A stretch of 64,000 bases of DNA from Meyerozyma guilliermondii. Its lineage: Eukaryota. The position numbers and the translations under genes are program-made. The notes under the pieces are model-generated. The model saw only the letters and a program-made list of their open reading frames with translations. It searched no databases and was not told the DNA's origin. This document shows, piece by piece, positions 22,985 through 32,726 of this stretch. Each line of letters opens with the position of its first letter. Position 1 is the first letter of the stretch. Location of the stretch: contig CP128816.1 in assembly GCA_051546255.1 (NCBI GenBank), positions 1,364,001 to 1,428,000 of the forward strand, written 5' to 3'.

Positions 22985-25900
22985 ATGCGATCCCGGTCCC
23001 AATCTTGGTCGGTAATTCCGACCCAAAGTACCCCCGGAATCACCCGCAACCACTCCTTCTCCATCAACAAACCCCGTGGTGCGTCCGGCCTTGCATCCCC
23101 CTCCGCCATCCACCCGGCATCCCGAGATCCGTCCTTTTCTGCAGCAGACCGGAATCGAAGCGCCACCCTTAATTCCATCGACAGCCTCAATATAAATAGC
23201 ATCGATTCCATAAAATTCAACAATTCTTCCCACGACTTTGATGCCGCCATTTCCGATAGTCCGCCCCATGAAAGTCCCACCTGGATCCTTAGCGACCTTC
23301 TACAGTCATTTGCATTTATTAAAGACCTGACAGATTCACTTTCAATAGTCACCAAAGGTAACGATCTCATACTACTTCTTCGTCAATATCCCGGTTTAAA
23401 AGAAGACATCGTCATGAAACATTTACTCACGCGAATCCAGTTCATGTTCTACCATCTGGTCCTGGAGGTGCGAGCTACAGGCTACCGAATCTTACGCTAC
23501 TCTATCATCGATAACGACGGACTTTCGTTGGTGGTGCAATTCAAGATTCTCATCTTCATCATCATTACCATGTCAACGTCAAACACGCTCGTGGAAAAAG
23601 AACAAGCTCTAAAACTCGTGCGCGAGTTCACCACCATCCCCCGGGGCATCGATAACCTCTCCATTGGAGTGGTGAAGAGCATTATTGCCGTGGTGGAACT
23701 GGGCGATGAACAGGACGTTTCGTCTTCGTTCATGTTTGCCGGCGTCGAAACCGTCTGCGAATTGGCGCTCGCCAAACCAGAACTCGTGTTCCATGCCGGT
23801 GGATTCCAGTTCATGATCCAAACCATGCTCGATGGAGAAACTGAGGCCGCTTGCATGTGTATAATGGTGCTTCTTAAAACGTTAGACTGCGCCGAATCCC
23901 GAAAATACTTGCGAGGGGGGCAGGACCTTACCTCGTTGCTTTCGTTTATGAGCCCAATCGACTCAGGCGCAGACGACCGCCGAATCCCCACCGCAAAGCT
24001 TCAAAAAATTGCATTTTTAATCACCGTTCTCCTCAAAAATTGGACTGGACTTTTGAGTGTTTCACATCATAACTTTCGTTTCATTGGGGACTTGGTCCAT
24101 AACCTCCAGAAACGAAGCCCCAAACTTCGGGGCGTCATAATGGACATTATATTTGATGTCCTTCGCATTCGAGCACTACCTTGGCTTGAATCGTCGTCGG
24201 TCGGTTCGGTTCTCAACGTTATGCACACAAAACTTCGAACCGGATCTTCTCGCTTTGCGTATACGGAATTGGAGCCCACAAGCTTACAGCATGGTTTTGT
24301 TAATCACTATTTGGGTTTGCTTGTAATGATCTTTGTTCGTTGTGGTATCATGCCTCTTCTAGCTGACCTTGTAGCAGCCAGAGACAAAACTTCGGAAAAA
24401 GCTTCGTTACTTCTTTATCATATTTACCACATGGCAACAACCTTGATTCCAACAGATATTCTAAATGGATACGATCTTCTTCCAGCCAACCCAGAGCTCA
24501 CGGCTACCGTGATGATTGAAAAAAGGGCTCGCAAGCAAGTTACCCGTAAACTGCAAGATGTCAAACCATATGTGAAAGCCATTGATAACGAGGCATGTTA
24601 TAATCTAGACGACTCCGAGTTCAAGTTGATGGTTACGAATACACGGGTTTTGACCGTCAAGGAATACGAAGAGTGGAACTGGACTTTGCTCTCCACCATG
24701 ATTAAAGGATGTTTGCGCAATCCAAAACGGTTTGATGACATTGAAAAGAGCCCCAGGTTTTTGAAACGGGTGTTTTCGTTTTATCGTCCCTTCAAATATC
24801 GGTTTTGCGGTGTGCCAACGACCGCCAAAAATGCCAAAAGATATGTAACTGTGGGATGTCAGTTGCTTGAGGTTCTCCTCAGCTTTGATGCGGGAATTCG
24901 CTACTTGGCAAGCAGCAAGCTCCTACCACAATTGGCTGAAGCGCTCGCTCAGGTGGACCAGTACAGTGGAATCAATGCCAAAGAACCCATTCTTCTGCGT
25001 AAGCGTCTTGAAACCACCCTCAGTTTCGGATACTTGCGTTTCATAGGCGTCTTGTCGGACAATCCGTTTGGAGTACGTATTCTTGAGCAGTGGCAGATCT
25101 TCAATATCTTGCAAAATATCGTCGATGGCAGCGTCTCAGACGAGTCCAACAACTATCTTCTTGTTAATTTGTTATCAAGGCTCAATTATAGACTTGACAG
25201 TCAAGCGAGAATTCTTTTGATCAAGAGTGTCTCTATCTCCAATAACAAGGTCCGCATGTACTTGATGGAAAATGTGGTTCCGGGTTTATTGAAAGCAGAA
25301 GAATGTGAAGATTTGAGTATACGAATTCTAGTGGACAAGGTTTACGATTTCAACAAGGATATTTCAAACCACGCTATCGAATGGTTGTATCGGTTTTCAC
25401 AAGAAAACGAGTATCTGAAGCTCGATCGAATCATCGAATATCGACCATCAGTGAGAATTCTCCAAACTCACGAGTTCGGCCGCAAGCTCTTGATTCATTT
25501 CTTGAACACTCCGAACGGGTTCCGTTATCTCCACGACGATGGATATGTGGACAGAGAACTACAGAACACACTCAAGGCAATCGACTCCAATCATCTCGAC
25601 AAAATTGAAGAAATCTTGTGGGGCTGTTTCTTTCCGTTCAGTCATACTGTTCTGCACGATGTCATTCCTCACCATTTTTTGACCGATTTGTTGCAGACTG
25701 AAGATGGCCTCCATTACTTTCAGAACGGGCCCGCAAAAATGTACCTTGAAAGAATACTCCAGGAAACAAAAATAATGGCACGATCGTTGATCGAAGGTGG
25801 TCACTTTGACAACACTGCGTTGAGGAAATTAAAACAAAATCTTTGGATAATTGGTGACATTTCTCTGTCTGAGTACGGGATTCAGCTTTTTGATCTGTGT

Positions 25901-26500
25901 GAAAATAGTAGCATTGACAAGACGATTATTTCTGTGATTCTCGAGCTATTTGAAAAATCTCCCGTGTGGCAGATTCGAGGAATCGTGTTTTTGCAGCTCG
26001 GGAGGATCGCATCCACGGTTGAAGGTATTGAGATTCTTGACGAGAACAAATGGGTATCTACGATTGACTCACACAATCGTCCTCAGAGCTTGTGCTTTCC
26101 GTTGGACATTAGCGTCATGAAGGTGGATATTGAAAATCCGTATCGCGATGCCAACTACTACGCACTATACAGTGGAGGACAAGAAAGTTTGGAGTTTGTA
26201 GACAACGATGAATATGCTGATTTTGAGCATGTCAAACAGAAGGTTTTGGTGCTCATTAGCAACTTGGGTTCGCTTCTCGGCCGTATAGAGAGAAGAGCAC
26301 GCAAGGAGTTGATGCTCATCAAGACAGGACCTACCGGGCGAGTATTTGGAGATATCAGCTTGTTCTTAGAGGTTATCAAGCTTATCGACAAGAGCAAGTT
26401 TGCACTTCCAACAAGAAAGTTTGTTTTTGAACTTTTTCTTGATACAAAAGTGTTGGAGAGTTTGGTGAAAAGAGAGCGGAAAAATTCTGGATTGAAGTAA
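22985..26500 (+). CDS. TSC11: TORC2 subunit Avo3/Tsc11 (Rictor)
   Basis: EKEQALKLVR, VLLKNWTGL, WNW, FYRPFKYRF, LWIIGDI, IRGIVF Rictor motifs. Confidence 0.92.
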   Translation: MRSRSQSWSVIPTQSTPGITRNHSFSINKPRGASGLASPSAIHPASRDPSFSAADRNRSATLNSIDSLNINSIDSIKFNNSSHDFDAAISDSPPHESPTWILSDLLQSFAFIKDLTDSLSIVTKGNDLILLLRQYPGLKEDIVMKHLLTRIQFMFYHLVLEVRATGYRILRYSIIDNDGLSLVVQFKILIFIIITMSTSNTLVEKEQALKLVREFTTIPRGIDNLSIGVVKSIIAVVELGDEQDVSSSFMFAGVETVCELALAKPELVFHAGGFQFMIQTMLDGETEAACMCIMVLLKTLDCAESRKYLRGGQDLTSLLSFMSPIDSGADDRRIPTAKLQKIAFLITVLLKNWTGLLSVSHHNFRFIGDLVHNLQKRSPKLRGVIMDIIFDVLRIRALPWLESSSVGSVLNVMHTKLRTGSSRFAYTELEPTSLQHGFVNHYLGLLVMIFVRCGIMPLLADLVAARDKTSEKASLLLYHIYHMATTLIPTDILNGYDLLPANPELTATVMIEKRARKQVTRKLQDVKPYVKAIDNEACYNLDDSEFKLMVTNTRVLTVKEYEEWNWTLLSTMIKGCLRNPKRFDDIEKSPRFLKRVFSFYRPFKYRFCGVPTTAKNAKRYVTVGCQLLEVLLSFDAGIRYLASSKLLPQLAEALAQVDQYSGINAKEPILLRKRLETTLSFGYLRFIGVLSDNPFGVRILEQWQIFNILQNIVDGSVSDESNNYLLVNLLSRLNYRLDSQARILLIKSVSISNNKVRMYLMENVVPGLLKAEECEDLSIRILVDKVYDFNKDISNHAIEWLYRFSQENEYLKLDRIIEYRPSVRILQTHEFGRKLLIHFLNTPNGFRYLHDDGYVDRELQNTLKAIDSNHLDKIEEILWGCFFPFSHTVLHDVIPHHFLTDLLQTEDGLHYFQNGPAKMYLERILQETKIMARSLIEGGHFDNTALRKLKQNLWIIGDISLSEYGIQLFDLCENSSIDKTIISVILELFEKSPVWQIRGIVFLQLGRIASTVEGIEILDENKWVSTIDSHNRPQSLCFPLDISVMKVDIENPYRDANYYALYSGGQESLEFVDNDEYADFEHVKQKVLVLISNLGSLLGRIERRARKELMLIKTGPTGRVFGDISLFLEVIKLIDKSKFALPTRKFVFELFLDTKVLESLVKRERKNSGLK

Positions 26501-26505
26501 ACATA

Positions 26506-27273
26506 CTATTTATGTGCGTTGTGTGCAATGAACCGTTTGCGATACCGCGAGTTGGTTAGATGAGGCATGTGACGGCACGCCCAAGGTTCGAGATCCTGGG
26601 GATTTCGTTCGTAATTTTCGAGGCCTTCGTTGGGTATTTCCAGTATTCCTTCATGTATGAACATATTGATTTTGTGAGCATGTTTGAGCGGAACGTCTTC
26701 TTTCATGAGAGGCTCAAGTACCAGGCTCAATGCTGGATTCATCTGAGCCATATTTTCAATCCGGTTTTTCGTCAATTCCAAGATGTTGGTATCGGGCTCA
26801 GACTCTATATTAGATAACAATTCCAATAGCGCATTATTGCGACGTTGATAAAAGTTCATGGTTTGTCGCTGGGCCTGCTCAGCTTCAAATAGTTCGACCG
26901 ACACATTGTAGGATTCATTAAATTGTTTTTGAAGGTTTTCGAGGAGGGCATAGTAATCGGAGGTGTCTCCCTCTTGATGCCCCTCCTCTACATCTTGACG
27001 TTCTGCGTCCTGTTCATGCACCTGCGGCATTCCTTGCATTTCATTCTTGGGAATATGCACATCTTGATGCAGTGGTAATACCTGCAGTGGTAACACCAGC
27101 AGTGCATGCATATGCATGTCTCTTTGGACTTTTGGCAACCCTGGCTGCATAGATTGATTTATCTCCGTGTTCGATTGCAGATATAGGTCGGAAGTCAAGT
27201 TTTGCGTGACCCCGTGCCGCTGGTCCTCCATATTTAAAGGCGGCGTCTGCCCAATTCCAGGCTGGTCTCCCAT
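26506..27273 (-). CDS. Hypothetical coiled-coil protein, possibly Iec3-like INO80 subunit
   Basis: ATG 27273; QFNESYNVSVELFEAEQAQRQTMNFYQRRNNALLELL resembles the IEC3 domain pattern as recalled. Confidence 0.5.
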   Translation of the reverse strand: MGDQPGIGQTPPLNMEDQRHGVTQNLTSDLYLQSNTEINQSMQPGLPKVQRDMHMHALLVLPLQVLPLHQDVHIPKNEMQGMPQVHEQDAERQDVEEGHQEGDTSDYYALLENLQKQFNESYNVSVELFEAEQAQRQTMNFYQRRNNALLELLSNIESEPDTNILELTKNRIENMAQMNPALSLVLEPLMKEDVPLKHAHKINMFIHEGILEIPNEGLENYERNPQDLEPWACRHMPHLTNSRYRKRFIAHNAHK

Positions 27274-27368
27274 TTTCCTGTAGTTGAGATTTTTGAGATT
27301 TGGTGAAATAATTGGCAACACTTATGTAATTCCACCGCGCGTCTTTAACCAAGTTGTAACCTTTACCA

Positions 27369-28046
27369 ATGTCCATCGTATCCCTACTTGGAGTAGAAGT
27401 GTTGAATAACCCGGCCAAGTTTTCTGATCCATATGAGTTTGAGATAACGTTTGAGTGCTTGGAACCTTTGAAGGAGGATTTGGAATGGAAACTCACGTAC
27501 GTGGGGTCGTCGCGTTCTTTGGATCACGACCAGGAATTGGACCTGATTCTTGTTGGACCAGTGCCAGTTGGTGTGAACAAGTTTTTGTTCCAAGCAGATC
27601 CACCATCGCCAGATCTTATTCCAGCAAGTGAATTGGTGAGTGTCACTGTGATTCTTTTGAGTTGTTCATACGCAGACCGTGAATTTGTACGAGTGGGATA
27701 CTATGTAAACAACGAATATGACCTGGAGGAATTGCGAGAGAACCCACCAGCCAAGGTCCAGGTGGAGCACGTTGTGCGTAATATTTTAGCGGAAAAACCA
27801 AGAGTCACCAGATTTAATATAGTGTGGGATAATGAGGGTGGTGAAGAGTATCCGCCAGAACAGCCTGAGGTTGAGGAAGAGGAGGAGGAAGATGAAGACG
27901 AAGAGGAAGATGTGGAAGATGGCGAACAGGAAAATGAAGTAGAAGAAGAAGAGGCTGAAGAAGCAGAAGAGGACATAGAAGAAGAGGAGGGTGATGAAGA
28001 CGATGCCAATGGGGCAGAGACTCCCAAGGACACGGTACAGAGTTGA
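27369..28046 (+). CDS. ASF1: Histone chaperone Asf1
   Basis: MSIVSLLG...FEITFECLE...[13 protein letters not shown] and acidic tail. Confidence 0.98.
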   Translation: MSIVSLLGVEVLNNPAKFSDPYEFEITFECLEPLKEDLEWKLTYVGSSRSLDHDQELDLILVGPVPVGVNKFLFQADPPSPDLIPASELVSVTVILLSCSYADREFVRVGYYVNNEYDLEELRENPPAKVQVEHVVRNILAEKPRVTRFNIVWDNEGGEEYPPEQPEVEEEEEEDEDEEEDVEDGEQENEVEEEEAEEAEEDIEEEEGDEDDANGAETPKDTVQS

Positions 28047-28117
28047 TCGATAGATACGAGTCTTTAATATAATTACTGTCATCTGATGGTATTGTGGTGA
28101 TGTCTATCCAGTGTTGG

Positions 28118-29617
28118 TCAGCGGTCCTGTTGCTTTGCTAGTTCTTGGACCATGGCATTGAGCGTCAGACTAAGGGCGGTGATTACGTGTAGGTTGTTCT
28201 TCAGGCCGCTCCATTTATCTGGGTGCCAACGAACACGTTCTGTTTTAAGGAGCGAAAGCAACAGCTCATCGTCTTCGAGGATTGCAGAGTAAAAGTGGTG
28301 AACGAGGCTCGAGTCCTGACATTCCTTATATGCTGTATCCGGGGTTATGGAGCCGTTATTGTAGTGAGAAAAGAGAGGGTATCGGATTTCATTGGTGTGT
28401 TCAAAGTACCAGTCTCGAATTGTGTTTTCGTTTGTTTCCAAGTACGGGTCGCCAATTCGTTGGTCTCCAACGTGAGTGTCTGACTCATCCATCAACCCTG
28501 CTGCCAGCACTGGAACTTCACCAAGAATGGTGTAATTGTTCAGAACATAGCCGTTCTTCAAAGTTTGCGATGGAGTTTGTGTGGGAGTCTTGTAGGTGTA
28601 ATAATTGTGTTTTGGAGCCACGCCGACAAAAGCGTAGCCGTTGATTGCGGGACCAAATTCTGTAAATGAAGCGACTGTTGGAGGGCTTGGTTGGCGCGAG
28701 CTGGTGGGCGTGGACTGCGATATGGGTGTCTGCAATGGGATGTCGTTATTTTCGTGTTCGTGGTCGTGGTCGTTATCGTGATCTTTATCGTCCTCGTCAT
28801 CAGAGTCCTTTTCGTTATGGTCACCATAGTCCTTTTCGTTCTCGTTTTCCTTTTCGTTTTCGTTCTTTTCGGTCTCATTTTCGATCTCGGCGAGGATTCG
28901 AACTTGCAGAAGATTAAGCAATTTGGGTCGTGCTGATGGGGTTCCTTCGTCTTTGAATTTGAGCCGTTTTCGGTAATGAGGAGGACAAGGTGTGGAGTCG
29001 CTGTTGGAAACGGTCAGAGGAAGCGAGGTGGAGCAAATGGACATGTGCGATGGGGTGACGAAATTGGCAATTTCGGGTGACTCGAGTTGTCTTTTTCGGG
29101 ATATTCGGTCAGATTCAGTGTTCATTTGAGGCAATTTGGACCGTTTCACAAAAACAGGTGCCTCGCTGAATACGTTTGTGTCATCACTTTCCGAGTTGGA
29201 AAGTTCCATAGTTCGATCCGCGGCTGTGTGTTCGTCTTCCAAAGGTTTCATGGCGCCAAAACCAAGATTTCTTTTGTTGTTGACGTCGTTATTTGCATTT
29301 TGAAAGATTGTCTTTTCGCTACTTTGGGCCCCGTTTGTCCGTTCTGGCTCCAAAAAGCCGTCCGGGTCATCTTGTCGTCGATTGGGACCCGTGCCGTGCT
29401 TCTGAGGGGTGCTGGCGTCGTCCTGGAGGTGTAAATTGTCAAGTTTTTTCATTGGCGAAGAGCAGAAAAACGAGGTTTCTGTTGTTTTGAGCGGCGTAGA
29501 AGCGCTGGCAGCCTCCAAATCAAAAGAGGAGCTCGTGGCATCGTCCGCATCCGAGTCGTCCGGCGTCTGGCCAAACCATCGCTCGGGACCACGCAGGCGT
29601 GACACACGAGAATTCAT
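28118..29617 (-). CDS. YKR041W-like protein with C-terminal RWHPDK (J-domain-like) motif
   Basis: APVFVKR, EFGPAINGY and ERVRWHPDKW match recalled YKR041W motifs; long disordered N-terminus. Confidence 0.6.
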   Translation of the reverse strand: MNSRVSRLRGPERWFGQTPDDSDADDATSSSFDLEAASASTPLKTTETSFFCSSPMKKLDNLHLQDDASTPQKHGTGPNRRQDDPDGFLEPERTNGAQSSEKTIFQNANNDVNNKRNLGFGAMKPLEDEHTAADRTMELSNSESDDTNVFSEAPVFVKRSKLPQMNTESDRISRKRQLESPEIANFVTPSHMSICSTSLPLTVSNSDSTPCPPHYRKRLKFKDEGTPSARPKLLNLLQVRILAEIENETEKNENEKENENEKDYGDHNEKDSDDEDDKDHDNDHDHEHENNDIPLQTPISQSTPTSSRQPSPPTVASFTEFGPAINGYAFVGVAPKHNYYTYKTPTQTPSQTLKNGYVLNNYTILGEVPVLAAGLMDESDTHVGDQRIGDPYLETNENTIRDWYFEHTNEIRYPLFSHYNNGSITPDTAYKECQDSSLVHHFYSAILEDDELLLSLLKTERVRWHPDKWSGLKNNLHVITALSLTLNAMVQELAKQQDR

Positions 29618-30421
29618 TGTTATGGTGTTTATGGTGGTCGGGTGTTGAGAATTGGGGAAGGGTGTGCATACAGGACAAAAATGAGAAGAGAAAAGAGAGA
29701 GAAGCGAGAGACAAAAGAGAAAGAAGTAAGTGAGCAGAGTTTGAAAAAATGCTTACACAATTGAACTGAATTTTTGTTATAGACAAACTTTTTGAACCAA
29801 TGTATTAAAAATTTCATGGTTGCTTTACCATTAGTGTTGATGTTCAGAATTGCCTTAATAGTAGTAATTGCAGCCAATTCCACATTCAATTTGTTTCATT
29901 TCATTTCATTTTTTACGTTGCCGTTTTCTTATCTGCAGTGCGTCTCCGATTTTATTCCGACCCACGTGCGTGGCTGAAGCCAGATCTTCTTTGCAACGGC
30001 GCGTGACTGTTGCGCATGCAGCAAATTTCACCCTGCGTTTTTCTTACTTTAAGCTTGGTTTGCTGCGGTTTCTAAGCTGCATTTGGCTTGGCGTCATTTC
30101 TCCTTTTCCTCCGAGCCTGCAGCTCGTTCGCGATAAGCAATCAATTGGGTGCAAGATACGCAGGAGTGCACACCACACGCGGGTGTGTATAAAGCAGGGC
30201 AGTGGCTCAGATAGAGGGAGGCGTCAAATTCACTCATCTTTTCAACAACAGGGCTTTTTCTCGAGGATATTTTCTCGTTGTTTCTTGCCACTGGACACTG
30301 ACTTAATACAAAACCTGGTCGTTGGTCTCACCAACTTACCAAATTTCAACTTTTATTGATTTTTGAAACCGTTTTTTAAACCGTTTTTAAACCAAATTCA
30401 AAAACTTTAAAAACTCGGTTC

Positions 30422-31765
30422 ATGGCCACAAATCCCGATCTATCGTTTCTATCGATAGCATTCCTCACGTTCGAAGCCGTTCTCGAGGTTGTGTTAATAT
30501 GTTTTGCCGGATTCATTGCTGCTCGTGTTGGGCTTCTTAATGTGGCGGCACAAAAGGTCATTTCACTGCTTAATGTCGACCTTTTCACGCCATGTTTGGT
30601 GTTTTCCAAGTTGGCGCCATCGCTCTCGTTCCAACGAATGGCTGATATCATCATAATACCCATTTTCTACGCCGTTAGTACCGGCATTTCGTTTGCTTGC
30701 TCTCGCGTGGTGTCTCGATTTTTGCATTTGAACGAACCGGAAGGAGACTTTGTCACTGCCATGGCAGTGTTTGGCAATTCCAACTCGTTGCCGGTGTCGC
30801 TCACTTTGTCGTTGGCTTACACCCTCCCGGATTTGCTCTGGGAAGACATTGATAACGACAATTCCGACCAGGTTGCCAGTAGAGGTATCCTCTATTTGCT
30901 CATTTTCCAGCAGTTGGGCCAGATACTAAGATGGTCCTGGGGCTACAACAAGCTCTTGCGACTGCGGTCGCAGTTGGAGCTTAATTCCATGCCGGGAAGC
31001 GTCTTTCACGATGAAGAACAAGAACCACCAAATAGTCCTGCGCCGGAATCAAATGACGCCATGGCATCGCTTTTGAATCATTCCCAGCCGACCAGCAACT
31101 ATACTGCCACACCAGGTGAATCGTCGCTGGATGCGTCGCTGGAAGTTGAACCCAAACTCTCGGCGTTTCTCTCGCGACCTTTTACATTCATTCGTCATTA
31201 CTGGCGAATGTTTGCTGCTTTGCCAGGCGTACGCCTGTTTCTCGCGTTCATGAACCCACCCTTATATGCCATGTTCATCTCCATCTTGGTGGCCTCAGTT
31301 CCAGCAATTCAAAAGGCATTTTTCGGTGATACTTTCTTGCACAATACGCTTACCGAAGCTGTCACTCAACTAGGATCGGTATCGATTCCACTTATTCTTA
31401 TCGTGTTGGGCCTGAACCTCCACCCTTCAAACGACCTTCCAGCTCCTGCCAAAAACCATACCAAAATCGTCATGGGGTCTTTGATTTCTCGTATGATCAT
31501 TCCACCCATAATCCTCCTTCCCACCATTGCACTCTGTGTGAAATACATCAATGTTTCAATCTTGGACGACCCGATCTTCCTCATTGTGGCATTTATTCTT
31601 TCCATTTCACCACCTGCTATCCAGCTTTCACAGATTGTGCAACTCAACAACATCTACCAACAAGAAATGGGGTCTGTTCTTTTCTGGGGCTATGTCGTTT
31701 TGACACTCCCAACCACCATTTTTATTGTTGTCACCAGCTTGGAAGTGATCAAGTGGACCGCTTAG
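30422..31765 (+). CDS. Auxin efflux carrier / PILS-like membrane transporter (YBR287W-like)
   Basis: LFTPCLVFSKL, FGNSNSLPVSL, LRWSWG, NPPLYAM, SPPAIQL. Confidence 0.88.
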   Translation: MATNPDLSFLSIAFLTFEAVLEVVLICFAGFIAARVGLLNVAAQKVISLLNVDLFTPCLVFSKLAPSLSFQRMADIIIIPIFYAVSTGISFACSRVVSRFLHLNEPEGDFVTAMAVFGNSNSLPVSLTLSLAYTLPDLLWEDIDNDNSDQVASRGILYLLIFQQLGQILRWSWGYNKLLRLRSQLELNSMPGSVFHDEEQEPPNSPAPESNDAMASLLNHSQPTSNYTATPGESSLDASLEVEPKLSAFLSRPFTFIRHYWRMFAALPGVRLFLAFMNPPLYAMFISILVASVPAIQKAFFGDTFLHNTLTEAVTQLGSVSIPLILIVLGLNLHPSNDLPAPAKNHTKIVMGSLISRMIIPPIILLPTIALCVKYINVSILDDPIFLIVAFILSISPPAIQLSQIVQLNNIYQQEMGSVLFWGYVVLTLPTTIFIVVTSLEVIKWTA

Positions 31766-31769
31766 TCTT

Positions 31770-31980
31770 AATGCTACCTGCTATCTACTGCTAACTACTG
31801 CTATCTATTACTGATATCTACTATTGCTAACTTTTGCTACACTTTTGCTATCTACTATTTGGTATTGCCATTTGCTATCTCTACTATCACTTGAGGTTAC
31901 CCTTCAGAATCCTCTTAGTCTCTACGCTTTGCTATACTTTTCTACCCTTCGCTACTTTGCTATCTTTATCTCCTGTATCT
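31770..31980. repeat. Low-complexity (TGCTA/TCTAC)n tract
   Basis: Many TGCTA and CTACT words, G-poor plus strand. Confidence 0.6.
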
Positions 31981-32058
31981 CTCGGACTTCCCTACTTCCT
32001 ATCGCAGTTGTCACGGGACGGAAAATTTCTTTGCTCAAACCCCAGAAACTTACATGCC

Positions 32059-32607
32059 ATGGCCAAAGCACGCAAATTAGCGGTGGTAGGGTCCCGGAGT
32101 GTCGGGAAATCCAGCATGACGGTCCGGTTCGTTGAAGACCATTTCGTGGAGTCGTATTACCCCACCATCGAGAACCAGTTTTCCAAAACCATAGAGTTCA
32201 AAAACCAAGAATATGCTATCGAAATCCTTGATACTGCGGGCCAGGACGAATTTTCCATGATGAGTGAAAAGCACTTGATCGGGGTCCATGGATACTTGCT
32301 AGTCTACTCGGTTTCATCCCGCCAGTCGTTTGAAATGGTGGAAGTTATTCGCGACAAGATCTTGAATGCCATTGGAAACGACAATATTCCGCTTGTTCTT
32401 GTGGGTAACAAATCAGATTTGGAGTACCAGCGCCAGGTAGAGCATTCAGATGGTTTGAAGCTTGCCGAGCGTTTTGGATGTCCTTTCATGGAACTGTCTG
32501 TGAAGGAAAATATCAACGTTAACTCGGTGTTTGAAACCCTCATCGATCGGGTGGAATCAGTACAGAACCCCAAGTCCAAGCCAGAGGAGAAATGTGTCAT
32601 AATGTAG
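32059..32607 (+). CDS. RHB1: Rheb GTPase
   Basis: GSRSVGKS P-loop, YYPTIENQF, DTAGQDE, NKSD, CAAX CVIM. Confidence 0.96.
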   Translation: MAKARKLAVVGSRSVGKSSMTVRFVEDHFVESYYPTIENQFSKTIEFKNQEYAIEILDTAGQDEFSMMSEKHLIGVHGYLLVYSVSSRQSFEMVEVIRDKILNAIGNDNIPLVLVGNKSDLEYQRQVEHSDGLKLAERFGCPFMELSVKENINVNSVFETLIDRVESVQNPKSKPEEKCVIM

Positions 32608-32726
32608 AGACGAGCTTGCACCAATCACCGCTACGAAATCTTGCTAACTTTTTTCAACACTGCTATTACTATATATTGCTATTTTTTTGCTAAATATTTC
32701 CAGTCTCGACTCTCAATCCGCGAACC

